64,000 nt of DNA, taken from NCBI GenBank assembly GCA_022813965.1, contig JALDZS010000069.1, forward strand, positions 1 through 64,000, in the 5' to 3' direction. This DNA comes from Toensbergia leucococca. Its lineage: Eukaryota. Shown here piece by piece: positions 12,027 to 22,308 of the stretch. Below the pieces are notes generated by a model. The model was given only the letters and a program-made list of their open reading frames with translations. It had not been told where the DNA came from and searched no databases. Made by a program: the position numbers and the translations under genes. Each line of letters starts with the position of its first letter. Position 1 is the stretch's first letter.

Positions 12027-14066
12027 TCAACAACTGATCACTCTCTCGATCCACCAATCCACAACCCCCTGAAGTCCGTAGTTGCTATCTTGCCATCGCC
12101 TCCGTCCCGAAATCCCATCTTCCACACCCCCCAGGCCGCGAACTCCCACCATACCTTCCTTCTCCCTCCACTGTTTCTCCGCCTTCTCCCCTGCCCTCCG
12201 AACCACGCTTTCTTCATCCTCTCCTCTGTACAGATCGCATTTATTGCACTCGGCACATCTACCCCCGGCCGGTCGAAAATGTTGACAGAAATGCCTGTAT
12301 CCTTCTCCGTCCTCACCTGCACCTCCTCCTACCTTTCGACCTAAGCCTTGCCGACAGATATAGCACATCATATAGCCACAAACACACGTCAGTTTGTTGC
12401 AGCCGCTGTCTTTTATGAAACCTAGACTGCATCGTGGGCATGTTCGTTTGAGTGCAGCGGTACGAGCGGCCTCGATAGTGGTACGGAGGGAGAGCGTTGC
12501 AGATTCATGGCATATATGAGGATCATGCCAGGGCTTTTTACAATTGAGACATGAGGATCGAGCACAGGTGGGGGACTGGCACTGAAAACGGTAGGGAAGG
12601 TGTTTGGTGCGCGAAAGACGAGAAAGGGAAGTAGAGAGAAGGCTTGCAGGGGACGGGAAGGGAGAGAAGTGAGAGAGCCATTGTAAATAGGTGTAAAAGG
12701 TGTAAATCATTATGAAGGGAAGAAAATTGATAAAAAGGAGTATCAGGAGGATGGTTGTAAAGGGATGAAGAGTGTTGAGGCGGTAACGGAGGGTTGATGA
12801 AGGAAAGAAGAGATCATCTAGCTCGGCGTAGGAACAGAAAGGGCAATGGACTAGAGGTATACGGGCGTTGAGAAGAGCCTCGTCTGCGAGACGAGACTCA
12901 AGCTTGAGCCATGTTTCTGAACCGCACTTGGAACCTAAGATGGCTCGTTGTAGGAGGCTGAAGGGGATATAGCCTTTGCAATCCTCTTCAAGCGTTGGTG
13001 CAAGACACTTGACCTGGCCGCGTTCGTGGTCGATGTTCCTTGCCCAACTTTGGCCGAAGAGGGCTTCGATAGTAGCATGACTTACACATCTAAAACAAAT
13101 GACATGCCCATCGTTTGTACAGGTCACCATTTTCTCGAATGTAGTATCTGCGAAACAGCATTCACATTCATATAAAGCCTCTGCTTCCTTGGCCTCATTT
13201 TCATTCAAGTCCTGCGCAAATTCCAAGTCCTTAATCTCCTGTTCTTGACTTAGTGACTTGAGTAAAGGTGCCAAGACTGTTTCGTAAAGTTCCCTGTCAA
13301 GCTCTTGATCTCCACTGGGCCTCAGCGTGGGTAAAGTTGACGGTACGCCTTCATTGGTTTTTACTAGTAAAATCATGTAGTGTTTAATTGGGACCTCTTC
13401 GGTAGGCTTTCTCCATTTTGAGATAAAACTGCTAAAGCTGCTCGTCCAGCTTTTCGCTGATAAGGCTTGAATCGTTGGTCTCGCTAGAGTATAAGAGTAG
13501 TTTTGCTCTGCAAGTACCGCATCAATAGTACTCTTGCTAAGAACTTTGAACTCCTGGTACAGCGCTGCTTTAGAAGCTTGCTTGTAGCTCTCTGTCCTGA
13601 ATTGGTCTTTTGGCGGGAGCCATAGTAATTGGACTTCATCTGCTTCCTCCTTCAACATTGGGTTGAGTATATATCCCTTAAGAGGAGTTGGCAGAATAGC
13701 ATTTGTTTGAGGAACCCTCCATCGACCCTTCACCCATTTGTCTCTGTGGGTTAGAAGCTGTTCAGCAATGATGTCCAAACGACTATCTCCGTTGAAGATG
13801 TGAAGCATTTCACGAAAGACTTCTGGAAGCACGTCTGGGAACAAGGTAGCAAGGATAGCGAGTATGTGGTTGAGCTCAGCCAGGTCCCGTGAATCGTCGA
13901 ATGCTTTGGGGACACTGAAATTGTCATGTTCGGCGAACAGTGTGAAAAGTGGCAGCTTCAAAGCGGGAAGTCGAGTGCTGGATGAAGATGAGTGAAACAA
14001 TTGACGGCGAGCATCGTTGCGGAGTTGGTTTTCTGGCCTCACGGAGCCAAATATTGAAAGGACCAT
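12027..14066 (-). CDS. RBR-type E3 ubiquitin ligase (RNF216-like)
   Basis: CUE-like LATLFPD; RING1 ECECCF...GHVICFRC; IBR HCPFC...CLNCKKPWH; RING2 CPRC...KDSGCNKLTCVCGYMMCYICRQ. First ATG at 14066. Confidence 0.9.
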   Translation of the reverse strand: MVLSIFGSVRPENQLRNDARRQLFHSSSSSTRLPALKLPLFTLFAEHDNFSVPKAFDDSRDLAELNHILAILATLFPDVLPEVFREMLHIFNGDSRLDIIAEQLLTHRDKWVKGRWRVPQTNAILPTPLKGYILNPMLKEEADEVQLLWLPPKDQFRTESYKQASKAALYQEFKVLSKSTIDAVLAEQNYSYTLARPTIQALSAKSWTSSFSSFISKWRKPTEEVPIKHYMILLVKTNEGVPSTLPTLRPSGDQELDRELYETVLAPLLKSLSQEQEIKDLEFAQDLNENEAKEAEALYECECCFADTTFEKMVTCTNDGHVICFRCVSHATIEALFGQSWARNIDHERGQVKCLAPTLEEDCKGYIPFSLLQRAILGSKCGSETWLKLESRLADEALLNARIPLVHCPFCSYAELDDLFFPSSTLRYRLNTLHPFTTILLILLFINFLPFIMIYTFYTYLQWLSHFSPFPSPASLLSTSLSRLSRTKHLPYRFQCQSPTCARSSCLNCKKPWHDPHICHESATLSLRTTIEAARTAALKRTCPRCSLGFIKDSGCNKLTCVCGYMMCYICRQGLGRKVGGGAGEDGEGYRHFCQHFRPAGGRCAECNKCDLYRGEDEESVVRRAGEKAEKQWREKEGMVGVRGLGGVEDGISGRRRWQDSNYGLQGVVDWWIERVISC

Positions 14067-14248
14067 GATAGGCGATGGCAAAGTTTGTAAATAATAACAT
14101 GTTGTGCTAAGCGTTGAAAGTAGTTTCGTACGGATATCTGTACAGGCTACTAGGTCGGGTATGTTTCATGGTCACTCAAAGTAAATGAATAAAATTGTAA
14201 ATTAAAAAAATTTAAATCAATTCGGTCGCATGGTCTAGTGGTATGATT

Positions 14249-14303
14249 GTAAGTCTTCACTTATATTCTTCGACTGTGTGCACTCAAAACCTAATTGTAT
14301 CAG
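14249..14303 (+). other. Spliceosomal-type intron in tRNA-Pro, between tRNA positions 26 and 27 (55 nt)
   Basis: GTAAGT donor, CTAAT branch site at 14291-14295, CAG acceptor. Exact removal restores the D-arm/anticodon-arm junction. Confidence 0.88.
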
Positions 14304-14314
14304 GTCGCTTCGGG

Positions 14315-14346
14315 CTTCGCCTGAGTGTCTCCAGGCACTTTTGAAA
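14315..14346 (+). other. Canonical tRNA intron at 37/38 (32 nt)
   Basis: Begins one base 3' of the CGG anticodon and has no GT-AG ends. Its third-last base (A) can pair with U32. Confidence 0.88.
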
Positions 14347-14362
14347 TGTGACAGGCCCCGAG

Positions 14363-14421
14363 GTAAGTCACTATATGCTAACAAATCGATACATTTCAAC
14401 TGGTCTAATTTGAGGGAAAAG
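14363..14421 (+). other. Spliceosomal-type intron in tRNA-Pro, between tRNA positions 53 and 54 (59 nt)
   Basis: GTAAGT donor, CTAAT at 14405-14409, AAG acceptor. Exact removal gives CCGAG|TTCGAAT|CTTGG, an intact T arm. Confidence 0.88.
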
Positions 14422-14448
14422 TTCGAATCTTGGTGCGACCCTAATGAA

Positions 14449-14453
14449 TTTTT
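14449..14453 (+). terminator. Probable RNA polymerase III terminator (T5)
   Basis: TTTTT begins 8 nt after the tRNA discriminator base; there is no T5 run inside the gene. Confidence 0.65.
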
Positions 14454-14725
14454 AATATTTCATGTGGTCGAATATAGGGCTTTCGCTGCAGAACATGAAT
14501 TTAGTATCTGGGCACCTGGGAAAAAAATACCCGCATTAGATTTGCGCGATTAAGTGTGCACGGTGATTGGCAGATAGGCAGTTCGGCAGGTAGGCAGGGT
14601 GGGAGAGTAAGAGTTCATACTTGAACTAGAGTATTGAGCCAGACACTCTTGATTTGTTCTCTCAACAAAGCTCTACACTTTGATAGATAGTCTCGTACAC
14701 CAGGAACTTATGAAACGTGAACAGG

Positions 14726-15243
14726 ATGGAAACAGCTATCAAGACCTTCTTCTCTTCTCCATACTTTGCCGTCGCAGGCGCGAGTCAGAATCCTCACAAG
14801 TTTGGCCACAAAGGTTGTTTCTATCCCTGTTTCTTCCTTTCATTTAATGCATCTTTCGCTAACAGCACTTGCTCCGCTGACTAGTTCTCACATGGTATCA
14901 TAATCATTCGTTGTCAGTGCAGCCAATTACTCCATCTCGGCCTAGTATCACAATATCATCCGTCTCATATCCCACCGTTCCTTCGCCTTCCGCTCTACCC
15001 TTTCCTAAGGAAACATCGCTTAGCATCATAACACAACCGCACATCACCCTACAAGTATTACGTGAAGCAAAAGAAGCTGGGATATCAGCGGTATGGTTGC
15101 AGCCTGGAAGCTACGACTTGGAAGTAATTCAGTATGCTAGAATGGAATTCAATGTAGACATCGCTGACGGGTGGTGCGTTCTTGTGCATGGAGAGGATGG
15201 CCTGAGGAGAGCAAGAGATGATAGTAGAGGAGAGAAGTTGTGA
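14726..15243 (+). CDS. CoA-binding domain protein (YccU-like), one intron 14814-14884
   Basis: METAIKTFFSSPYFAVAGASQNPHKFGHK|VLTWY...SLSIITQP...VWLQPGS...CVLVHG. Confidence 0.88.
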
Positions 15244-15585
15244 GGCGAAAATTCGTCTCCTAGCACATGGCATAATGCGGGGCTCGCGGGGGGATGCCGA
15301 GTGGGGGTTGTTAGCGAATAGGTAGAATAAGAAGGAGTACAATTGGAAGTCTTGAACTCGCAACACTATGCAAATGTCCGGCACTCGGTGTTCCGATGAT
15401 TGTTCAACGACTCCTTACTCAACTTTGGCGCAAAGCTTAGATAGATGATAATAAAGACCGATGTACTCCGTAAGAAAGTTCAGATCGTTGCCGAGGTGAA
15501 CGCACTCCATCGACATTATTTCAGGGTCCTGGATATTCTACTATATTCCTCAGCGCCTATGTTGTCTCCAATCTCATGCTCTGCA

Positions 15586-16884
15586 ATGCCTGGCTCTTTC
15601 TCCACCGACAATAGTTTTCCGCCTAAGCTCGACATTGAATATGATGCCCAATCACTCATCTTTCAACCACCGAAAACACCTTCCGCCTCGAGCTCACTTT
15701 ACAGGTCTACAGCATTACCATCGACCCAGGTCTCCAGCAACAGCATAAGTCGCAAGCGATCACGCCATGCCTCAATTTCGTCAGATCAAGCACTCTCCTA
15801 CTACCCTACACTCAATGCCTGGCTACCTATGGCCTCTGGGTCGTACTCCGCAGCACCCTCACCCGGTACCATGAGTCCGGCATCTTTCGTCAACACGAAG
15901 TATAGACTAGCTGGTGGTCTTGACACGCCTACCGCAGACATGGGATCAAGTTTGGAAAAAAAATATGCCTACGGAGATACTTCAGACTTTGCTTTTCGAA
16001 GGGGCGCGGGTTGGAGCCATAGCGGCAGCACTGGCTCGGATAGTTACTTCTCTCGAATCCCGTCTGCTTTAGCAAGAGAAGGAAATGGTCTGGAGAGAGG
16101 TTTCAATCAGTCTATGCCGCATGATGGATGGGGAAAGGCAGTCTGCACTGTTGGGCAAAAATTGGGGAAGCTATGGCAATTCTGTAGAGAAAATGCGTTC
16201 CGAGGGTTTTATGCAGGAGGAGGTCGAGGCTATCGAATGGAAGTGCATTCGCAGCAGAATATTGATGTGGGAAGTTTATGGCAAGCTGTCGATGAAAAGG
16301 ATGACGTCTTTCAATCTAATCAGAGGGGCACGACTTCAGCGCCTGGCTGTTATCCAGACGAAGACCTTATTCCGGATTACATGTCAGGAAGTTATCTCAC
16401 CCCACCGCGAGCGGCTAAGAAGATCCAGCGAGAGAAGGGAGAAGGCAGTTTACACGCGAGCTGGGTTATGATTAATAATTTACCGTCACCACGAGAGACT
16501 AGTCCGAACAGAACTTTGACTCGAAAAATACTCTCATCAGGCAGTCCCGGGGTGAGACCAAACTCCAAGGCTGGACGGAGGATCTTACCCGCCTGCAGAC
16601 CGTCCCTGACTTCTTATGCAGGATCGCCGGCGTTGCGTTCCGGCCAACCCGCTTCTTTCGCGTCGCCGCGATCGCCAAGAGCCGAGAGTCCGCTAAGCGC
16701 CGAGACGCAACGATATGCGGCGCGAATAAGAAGACGGCAAAAGGAAGACGACGTGAATTTGAAGAGGTTCAACCAGCAATTGAAGGCCATGATTAGAGAA
16801 GGTAAAGAGGCCTTAGGTACCAAATTCGAGGTTGAGGAGGTCATGGACGGCTTAGTGGATGAAGGTTATGCCGAAGGGGAATGA
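15586..16884 (+). CDS. Hypothetical Ser/Pro-rich fungal protein with C-terminal coiled coil
   Basis: Long intronless ORF with MPGSF start, YRLAGGLDTP, FRGFYAGGGRGY and QLKAMIREGKEALGTKFEV. No function recognised; start uncertain. Confidence 0.75.
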   Translation: MPGSFSTDNSFPPKLDIEYDAQSLIFQPPKTPSASSSLYRSTALPSTQVSSNSISRKRSRHASISSDQALSYYPTLNAWLPMASGSYSAAPSPGTMSPASFVNTKYRLAGGLDTPTADMGSSLEKKYAYGDTSDFAFRRGAGWSHSGSTGSDSYFSRIPSALAREGNGLERGFNQSMPHDGWGKAVCTVGQKLGKLWQFCRENAFRGFYAGGGRGYRMEVHSQQNIDVGSLWQAVDEKDDVFQSNQRGTTSAPGCYPDEDLIPDYMSGSYLTPPRAAKKIQREKGEGSLHASWVMINNLPSPRETSPNRTLTRKILSSGSPGVRPNSKAGRRILPACRPSLTSYAGSPALRSGQPASFASPRSPRAESPLSAETQRYAARIRRRQKEDDVNLKRFNQQLKAMIREGKEALGTKFEVEEVMDGLVDEGYAEGE

Positions 16885-17609
16885 TTCCTCGATTGGATGG
16901 GGAGTACGAGAGATCTCGATCTAGTTCATTTCTATCCAAACGATTGTCATACGGCCGATGACATCCTTCCAGTCTTCCCCGAAGTCATGAAGGATTTCTT
17001 GCCCTTTGGTTGCTCCCTCCCCAAGGATATAATTAGCATTGTCGGTATCGACAGATATTTGTCATATGATGGTGTTCCCGGAAAGTAGAGACATACTCAC
17101 CATCTTGGAGGTTGAAGTTGACAAGGCAAAGATCAAATGTTTATGAGCACTGCCACTCTCAAAATTGTATCGTAGGCGCGCTAGCAATACGATCACAATG
17201 CATTAAAGGTGTGAGAGTCTTCAGATTGGTACTGATATTTTCCTCATAGTGATAGAAAACGAATTCCAAATGCAGGCATGCTATTTCCACTTTGTATTGG
17301 AAAAGATTCTACAAATGGCCGCAAGCACTTTGGAAACCCCTATTCTCTATCAGTGTAAATACTTCTACGTCAGACAACGAGCTTAAAATATCGGATAACA
17401 ACAATCATTGAAACATTTTAACCATTCATGGGTGGTCATCAGACTCGGCGAATGAAAATAGATATAATAAGAGTTACTATCCTCCATAAATCTTGTTTGA
17501 GTGTCATGATCATGAGTCAAAAGATCCTTCATCTGTGAGGTTCATTCATGCGAACCTAAGATACAATAATGTTAGTAAGAAGCTGTGTATATTCACTACC
17601 ATTGCCATT

Positions 17610-20600
17610 TCACAGTTTTGCCGCTGTTCCGCCACCGATCAATTCTGCTCCAGCTCCAGCAATACACAACTTGCCTGTCTCCACGACCTTGGTTTGAAAG
17701 ACCACCTTCTCACCCTCCTTCCACATTTCCGTCCTCAACGTTTGCCCTGGGAGTACAGTCCCGACAAACCGAACCTTGATGTTCTTAAATGAACCAAAGG
17801 TTTGGTACACGTGCTTGCCACTGATACCAAAGAAGCATAGACCATGCAAAATGGGTGTCTGAAAGCCTCCAATTTTAGAAAACTCAGGGTCGATGTGGAG
17901 TGGGTTCCTGTCACCATTGAGACGGTAGAGTGCAGCTTGCTCTTCTGTTGTCTTCTCTTCAATTACAGCATCGGCTTGGCGTTTGGGTGGCTTGTACGCT
18001 GCTGTTGCCGCGCCCCGATCCACACCCTTGCTAGGGCCGCCAAACCCTCCACTTCCACGGACAAATATGGACGATTCATTGTAGAACACTTCTTCACCGG
18101 TATCAGCGTCTTTAGTCGTAGTCCCAGACACCATGATTGCGGCATTGCCCTTGTCTATTACCTCGACTAATTTCGGATAACTTTTAAGGCTCGCCGTCGT
18201 TGGGATTGGATACTTGCGGATCTCGAGGTATTGTTCCCCGTGGAGAAGCATCATTGGAGAGAAATTCGGCATGACGTCGTCCATATTCCAAGGCGCAGCA
18301 GCGCCGAATGGAGGAACGACGCCAAATGTGGGAAGGACTTGGAAAGAATCGGAGTTTTCGTACACCAAAGGAAGATCGGTACGTTTCGCACCTACACCGA
18401 GGTTGTAAAGAATAACGTCCTTTTCATCATATGAAAACTCGGTGCTCTGAGCTTGTGCCTTCTTGGCATTCTCTATATTTTCTAAGATCTCCATGTTCAC
18501 TTTTCCTGCTTCCTTTGTTGCAGCTCCTCCACTCTTGTTTTGCATGTTATTCATGATGCTCTTGAGGCCATCCTCGGCTGATTCTGGATGGTCGGCCCTA
18601 CCGTCGTCGAAGCTGATAATATCGCTCCATGCACCAGCTACCGCTTCAGGGGTTAATTTGACATCAACGGGGAAGCCATGACCTCCGCTTCTTTGCCATC
18701 TTGTACGGGCATGCCAGCCACTCCCAACTTCAAATAGACCGCCGGTCGGAGGTATTGGGACCTTATCCGAGCTCAGTGCCACCACGATTGGTGCGACTTG
18801 ATCGGGCTTGAAAGCCTGAACCATTTCTTCTGGCATAATGCTACGAGTCATGTTCGTGCCAGCATTAGGGGCGATTGTGTTGACGAAGATGTTATACTTT
18901 GCACCTTCGCGAGCGAGAGCACGAGAGAAGCCAAGGATACCGAGTTTCTAATAAATATCAGCAGGTATAATGTGTATAGAAGTCTTTCTTTTCGTACCGC
19001 AGCTGCGTAATTAGCTTGACCAAAATTGCCATAGATACCGCTCGTACTTGTTGTGTTAACAATTCTACCATACTTCTGCTTCAAGAAATATGGCCACGCG
19101 GCCTTTGTAACTTTGTAGGTTCCTCGAAGGTGAACGGCTATCACTTGATCCCACAAGTTCTCATCCATATTTGCAAAAGCCTTGTCTTTAAGAATACCAG
19201 CGTTGTTAACGATAATGTCAATTCGACCATACGCATCGATAGCAGCCTTTACAACCGCATCGCCGTCCTCAGCTGATGCTTTGTTACCCGTAGCTTTTCC
19301 GCCACTCTTTTGAATTTCTTGGACGACATCATCAGGGTTCATCAGATCATTGACTACTACGGAGGCGCCACACTTTGCGAAGAGTAAAGCATACGAGCGA
19401 CCAAGCCTATTATGTTCAGTAGGAGCATGTTAAGGAGCGTATCTTCATGAATGAACGAGGACTTAGCTTACCCTGCGCCGGCTCCGGTAATCAATGCAAC
19501 CTTGCCACTAAAGTCAAGTTGCTCACCCGGATCGTTGTCGCCTAATGCTTGTGCTTCCTCGAGTAGACTCATGAAATCCGCAACGCCATCAGGGTAGCTG
19601 GGAGTAGAGAAATCATTTACGTTCTTCCACTTCTTCAAGACAGCTCCAGGTGTCAGGCTAGGTCCTGTTTTGAGTAGCGCACCTTTCGCACGTTCCCATC
19701 GCAATTTTGCCACGTGCCCACCACCGATTTCGAATATTGATCCGGTTTCTTGCTTGTTAGATGGATGCACCAGCACCGCAACCAAAGGTACAACCCAGTC
19801 TGGCTTCAGGTTTTCGAGAATGTCTGGCGGCATTACTGTCTCTGTCATCCTACTAGCAGCTGCGTCGAAGTTTAGCACTTTAAGTAATTTTGATTTATCG
19901 ACTGGGACATTGAGAGAATCAAGACGAGACAATGAATTGTTGTTTTTCGCTCCGGCTTTAACGGAGAAAAGGTGAGATGGGGAAATATACCTATAGGTGC
20001 AATAACATTGCAAAGGATATTGTATTTGTAGCCTTCTTTGGCCAATGTCTCGGTGAAGCCGACTTGGGAGAGTTTGGCAGCTACTTGGGTCAGTCCAAAG
20101 TTCATGTAGTATATTTGAGACGGACCTACCAGAGTAATTGCATTGCCCAAAGGTACCAAAAAGCCCTGCAGCAGAGGCAGTGTTGATGACTCGACCATAT
20201 TTTTGCTTCCTAAAATGTGGCCAGGCAGCATGTGCACACTGGAGACGGTCTATTAGTTCCGGCGATGCTGCAGGCTCCTGATTACCTACTTTGTATGCCC
20301 CTCTGACGTGAACCTTGACAACCAGATCCCAGTCATCGTCCGTCATATTCTTGAAGCTGGTATCTCGCAGTATCCCGGCATTATTAAGAAGAATGTCTAT
20401 CCTGCCGAATTCCTTGATAGCAGTTTCAATGATTTTGTCGCCATTTTCGACGCTATCGTAGTTCGCAGCGGCCTTTCCACCGGCGGCCTTGATCTCATCG
20501 ACAATCACATCGGCAGCCTTCACCGAAGGGTCAGCAACTTCAAGAAGGATTCCTCGAGGCTGGGCTTCCACGAATGCAACAAACCTTAGATGACTGTCCT

Positions 20601-20740
20601 TCTCCTTTAGATGAACCCCCCAGGTCATTGACGACCACGTTGGCGCCCCGGGAAGCAAAAAAAAGGGCATATGCCTTCCCTAGGCCACCTCCGGCGCCGG
20701 TCACAACAATGGTTTGGCCGTCGAATCGAAGTTCTGTCAT
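17610..20740 (-). CDS. FOX2: Peroxisomal multifunctional beta-oxidation enzyme (two SDR domains plus hydratase 2), spliced
   Basis: TGAGGGLG and [11 protein letters not shown] motifs twice; hydratase motif [18 protein letters not shown]-terminal PTS1 AKL. Confidence 0.97.
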
Positions 20741-20828
20741 GGCTGAGATAGAGCCAGTAGATTCAAGTGTAGCAGTAGACGCAGTGAGATGATTCTCTTT
20801 GTCAGTCAAAGCTGCTGCAGAAAGGGAA

Positions 20829-20885
20829 CCTCGGCCCAGTCATGGAGGTGAAGTCGTTCACACATGCCCTGAGTACTTGCCTCGG
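20829..20885. promoter_or_regulatory. Two CCTCGG FarA/CTF1-type sites upstream of FOX2
   Basis: CCTCGG at 20829-20834 and 20880-20885, within 150 bp of the FOX2 ATG. This is the known FarA/FarB core element. Confidence 0.65.
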
Positions 20886-20979
20886 CTCTAACACTTCGAT
20901 TATGATGTAACCTTACGGAGTACCATTGTCCTCACATGTTTGTAAGCTCGCACGCGATGTTTAAGAAGTCACATTCAAC

Positions 20980-22308
20980 ATGGACAAAGTAGAATGTTGC
21001 ATCCCTTTCATCCTTCAGAACATAGGGTGCCACCGACAGAAACATGCTGATGACCCTAATCTTCCCCCTTTCTTTCTAGGTGTCAATGGCGTACAAGGGG
21101 CAGGCAAGACAACTTTGGTCAGTCCATATGTCACTGGCTTTGCTCAGATTTAATGGCCTTCGTTGTCTTCCACGTTACAGGGAACTTTCAGACGTTATTT
21201 TCACAGTGTTCACTTTTTTTCAAATTTGTTAGCCTTGATCTGTTAACGTATTCATTCAACGAAGGCAGGTATAGCTGTGTCATTCAACTCGGTTCATTCG
21301 TCCTAACACTCATTATGAACCATTTTCATCTCCTAATACCTATTTTTTCAGGTCTCCTCCCTCGCCAGCATTCTCCGAGGCTCCCCTTTTCTACTGCCCA
21401 CTGTAGTTTTCTCAATTGATGATCTCTACTTACCTCATAGCCTTCAAACCCACCTTGCCAACACTCATGCCACTAATCCCTTGATTCGACACCGCGGCCT
21501 ACCTTCCACCCACGACGTTGCTCTAGGTGTTTCTGTGTTCTCCTTGCTTCGCAACGGCAACGCAGCCAAAATCCCCCGCTATGACAAGAGTGCGTTTGAC
21601 GGGAGTGGGGATAGAGTATCCCAGGAACTATGGGAGACTGTGAATCTAGAAGGGAAGCCAAGGGTAAAGGTAGCGATATTTGAAGGGTGGTGTGTGGGAT
21701 TTCGAGCTTTACACGCGAAAGAACTGACTCAAAAATGGGAGGAGGCGGTGAAACATAGGAAAGAAGGAGGATATCAAGGTAGACTTGGTTGGAATCAACT
21801 TGAAAATTTGGAATTTGTAAATGAGGCTTTGAAAGAGTATGATAAGTTGACAGAGTACGATGCCAACCTCTGCTCCCTTCCAGGCACAAGAAATAACCAG
21901 TGAACTAGTCAACTCGATGCACTCATACATATGTGAACTACTTTCCATTCTCAGAAAGCTCTCAAGACACTAGCTCATGACTTTGCAGTGACGCTGAGAG
22001 CACCCATTTTGTTTACGAATGGAGGCTCGAACAAGAAAGTGCGCTTCGCATATCAAAGGGAGCTGGGATGACGAGCGAGCAGGTCATTGAGTTTGTGAAC
22101 GGCTGTATGCCACGGCGAAGTCTTCCGACCTTTCCAATCGCTGATTGTGATAGATTATCCAGCGTACGAGCTTTTCACCGATCAGCTCAGGGCAGGCATC
22201 TTTGGCGGAGAGCAGGGGAAACAACTAAGACTTGTTGTGGGAAGAGATCGGAGGGTGAAGAAAGTCATGGCCATACCAGGGAAAGCCCAATCAGCACCAA
22301 CCTCATAG
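20980..22308 (+). CDS. TDA10: P-loop kinase, Tda10/D-glycerate 3-kinase family, spliced
   Basis: GVNGVQGAGKTTL Walker A; SIDDLYL, HRGLPSTHD, PRYDKSAFDGSGDR, FEGWCVGF, WRLEQE, YPAYELF. Confidence 0.9.

Larger units (their letters stand above)
14224..14441 (+). tRNA. tRNA-Pro(CGG) in four exons: 14224-14248, 14304-14314, 14347-14362, 14422-14441
   Basis: Acceptor GGTCGCA/TGCGACC; A box TGGTCTAGTGG; anticodon arm GTCGC-TTCGGGT-GTGAC; variable loop AGGCC; T arm CCGAG-TTCGAAT-CTTGG; discriminator C. Joined exons total 72 nt and resemble eukaryotic tRNA-Pro. Confidence 0.93.

Noticed and set aside
14278..14553. 91-aa ORF in the track
   Set aside because: GTG start, no recognisable protein, and it runs across the split tRNA gene.
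21118..21351. TPP riboswitch or H/ACA snoRNA in the TDA10 intron
   Set aside because: TPP aptamer consensus is absent and there is no ANANNA box after the first hairpin; kept only as an unnamed structure.
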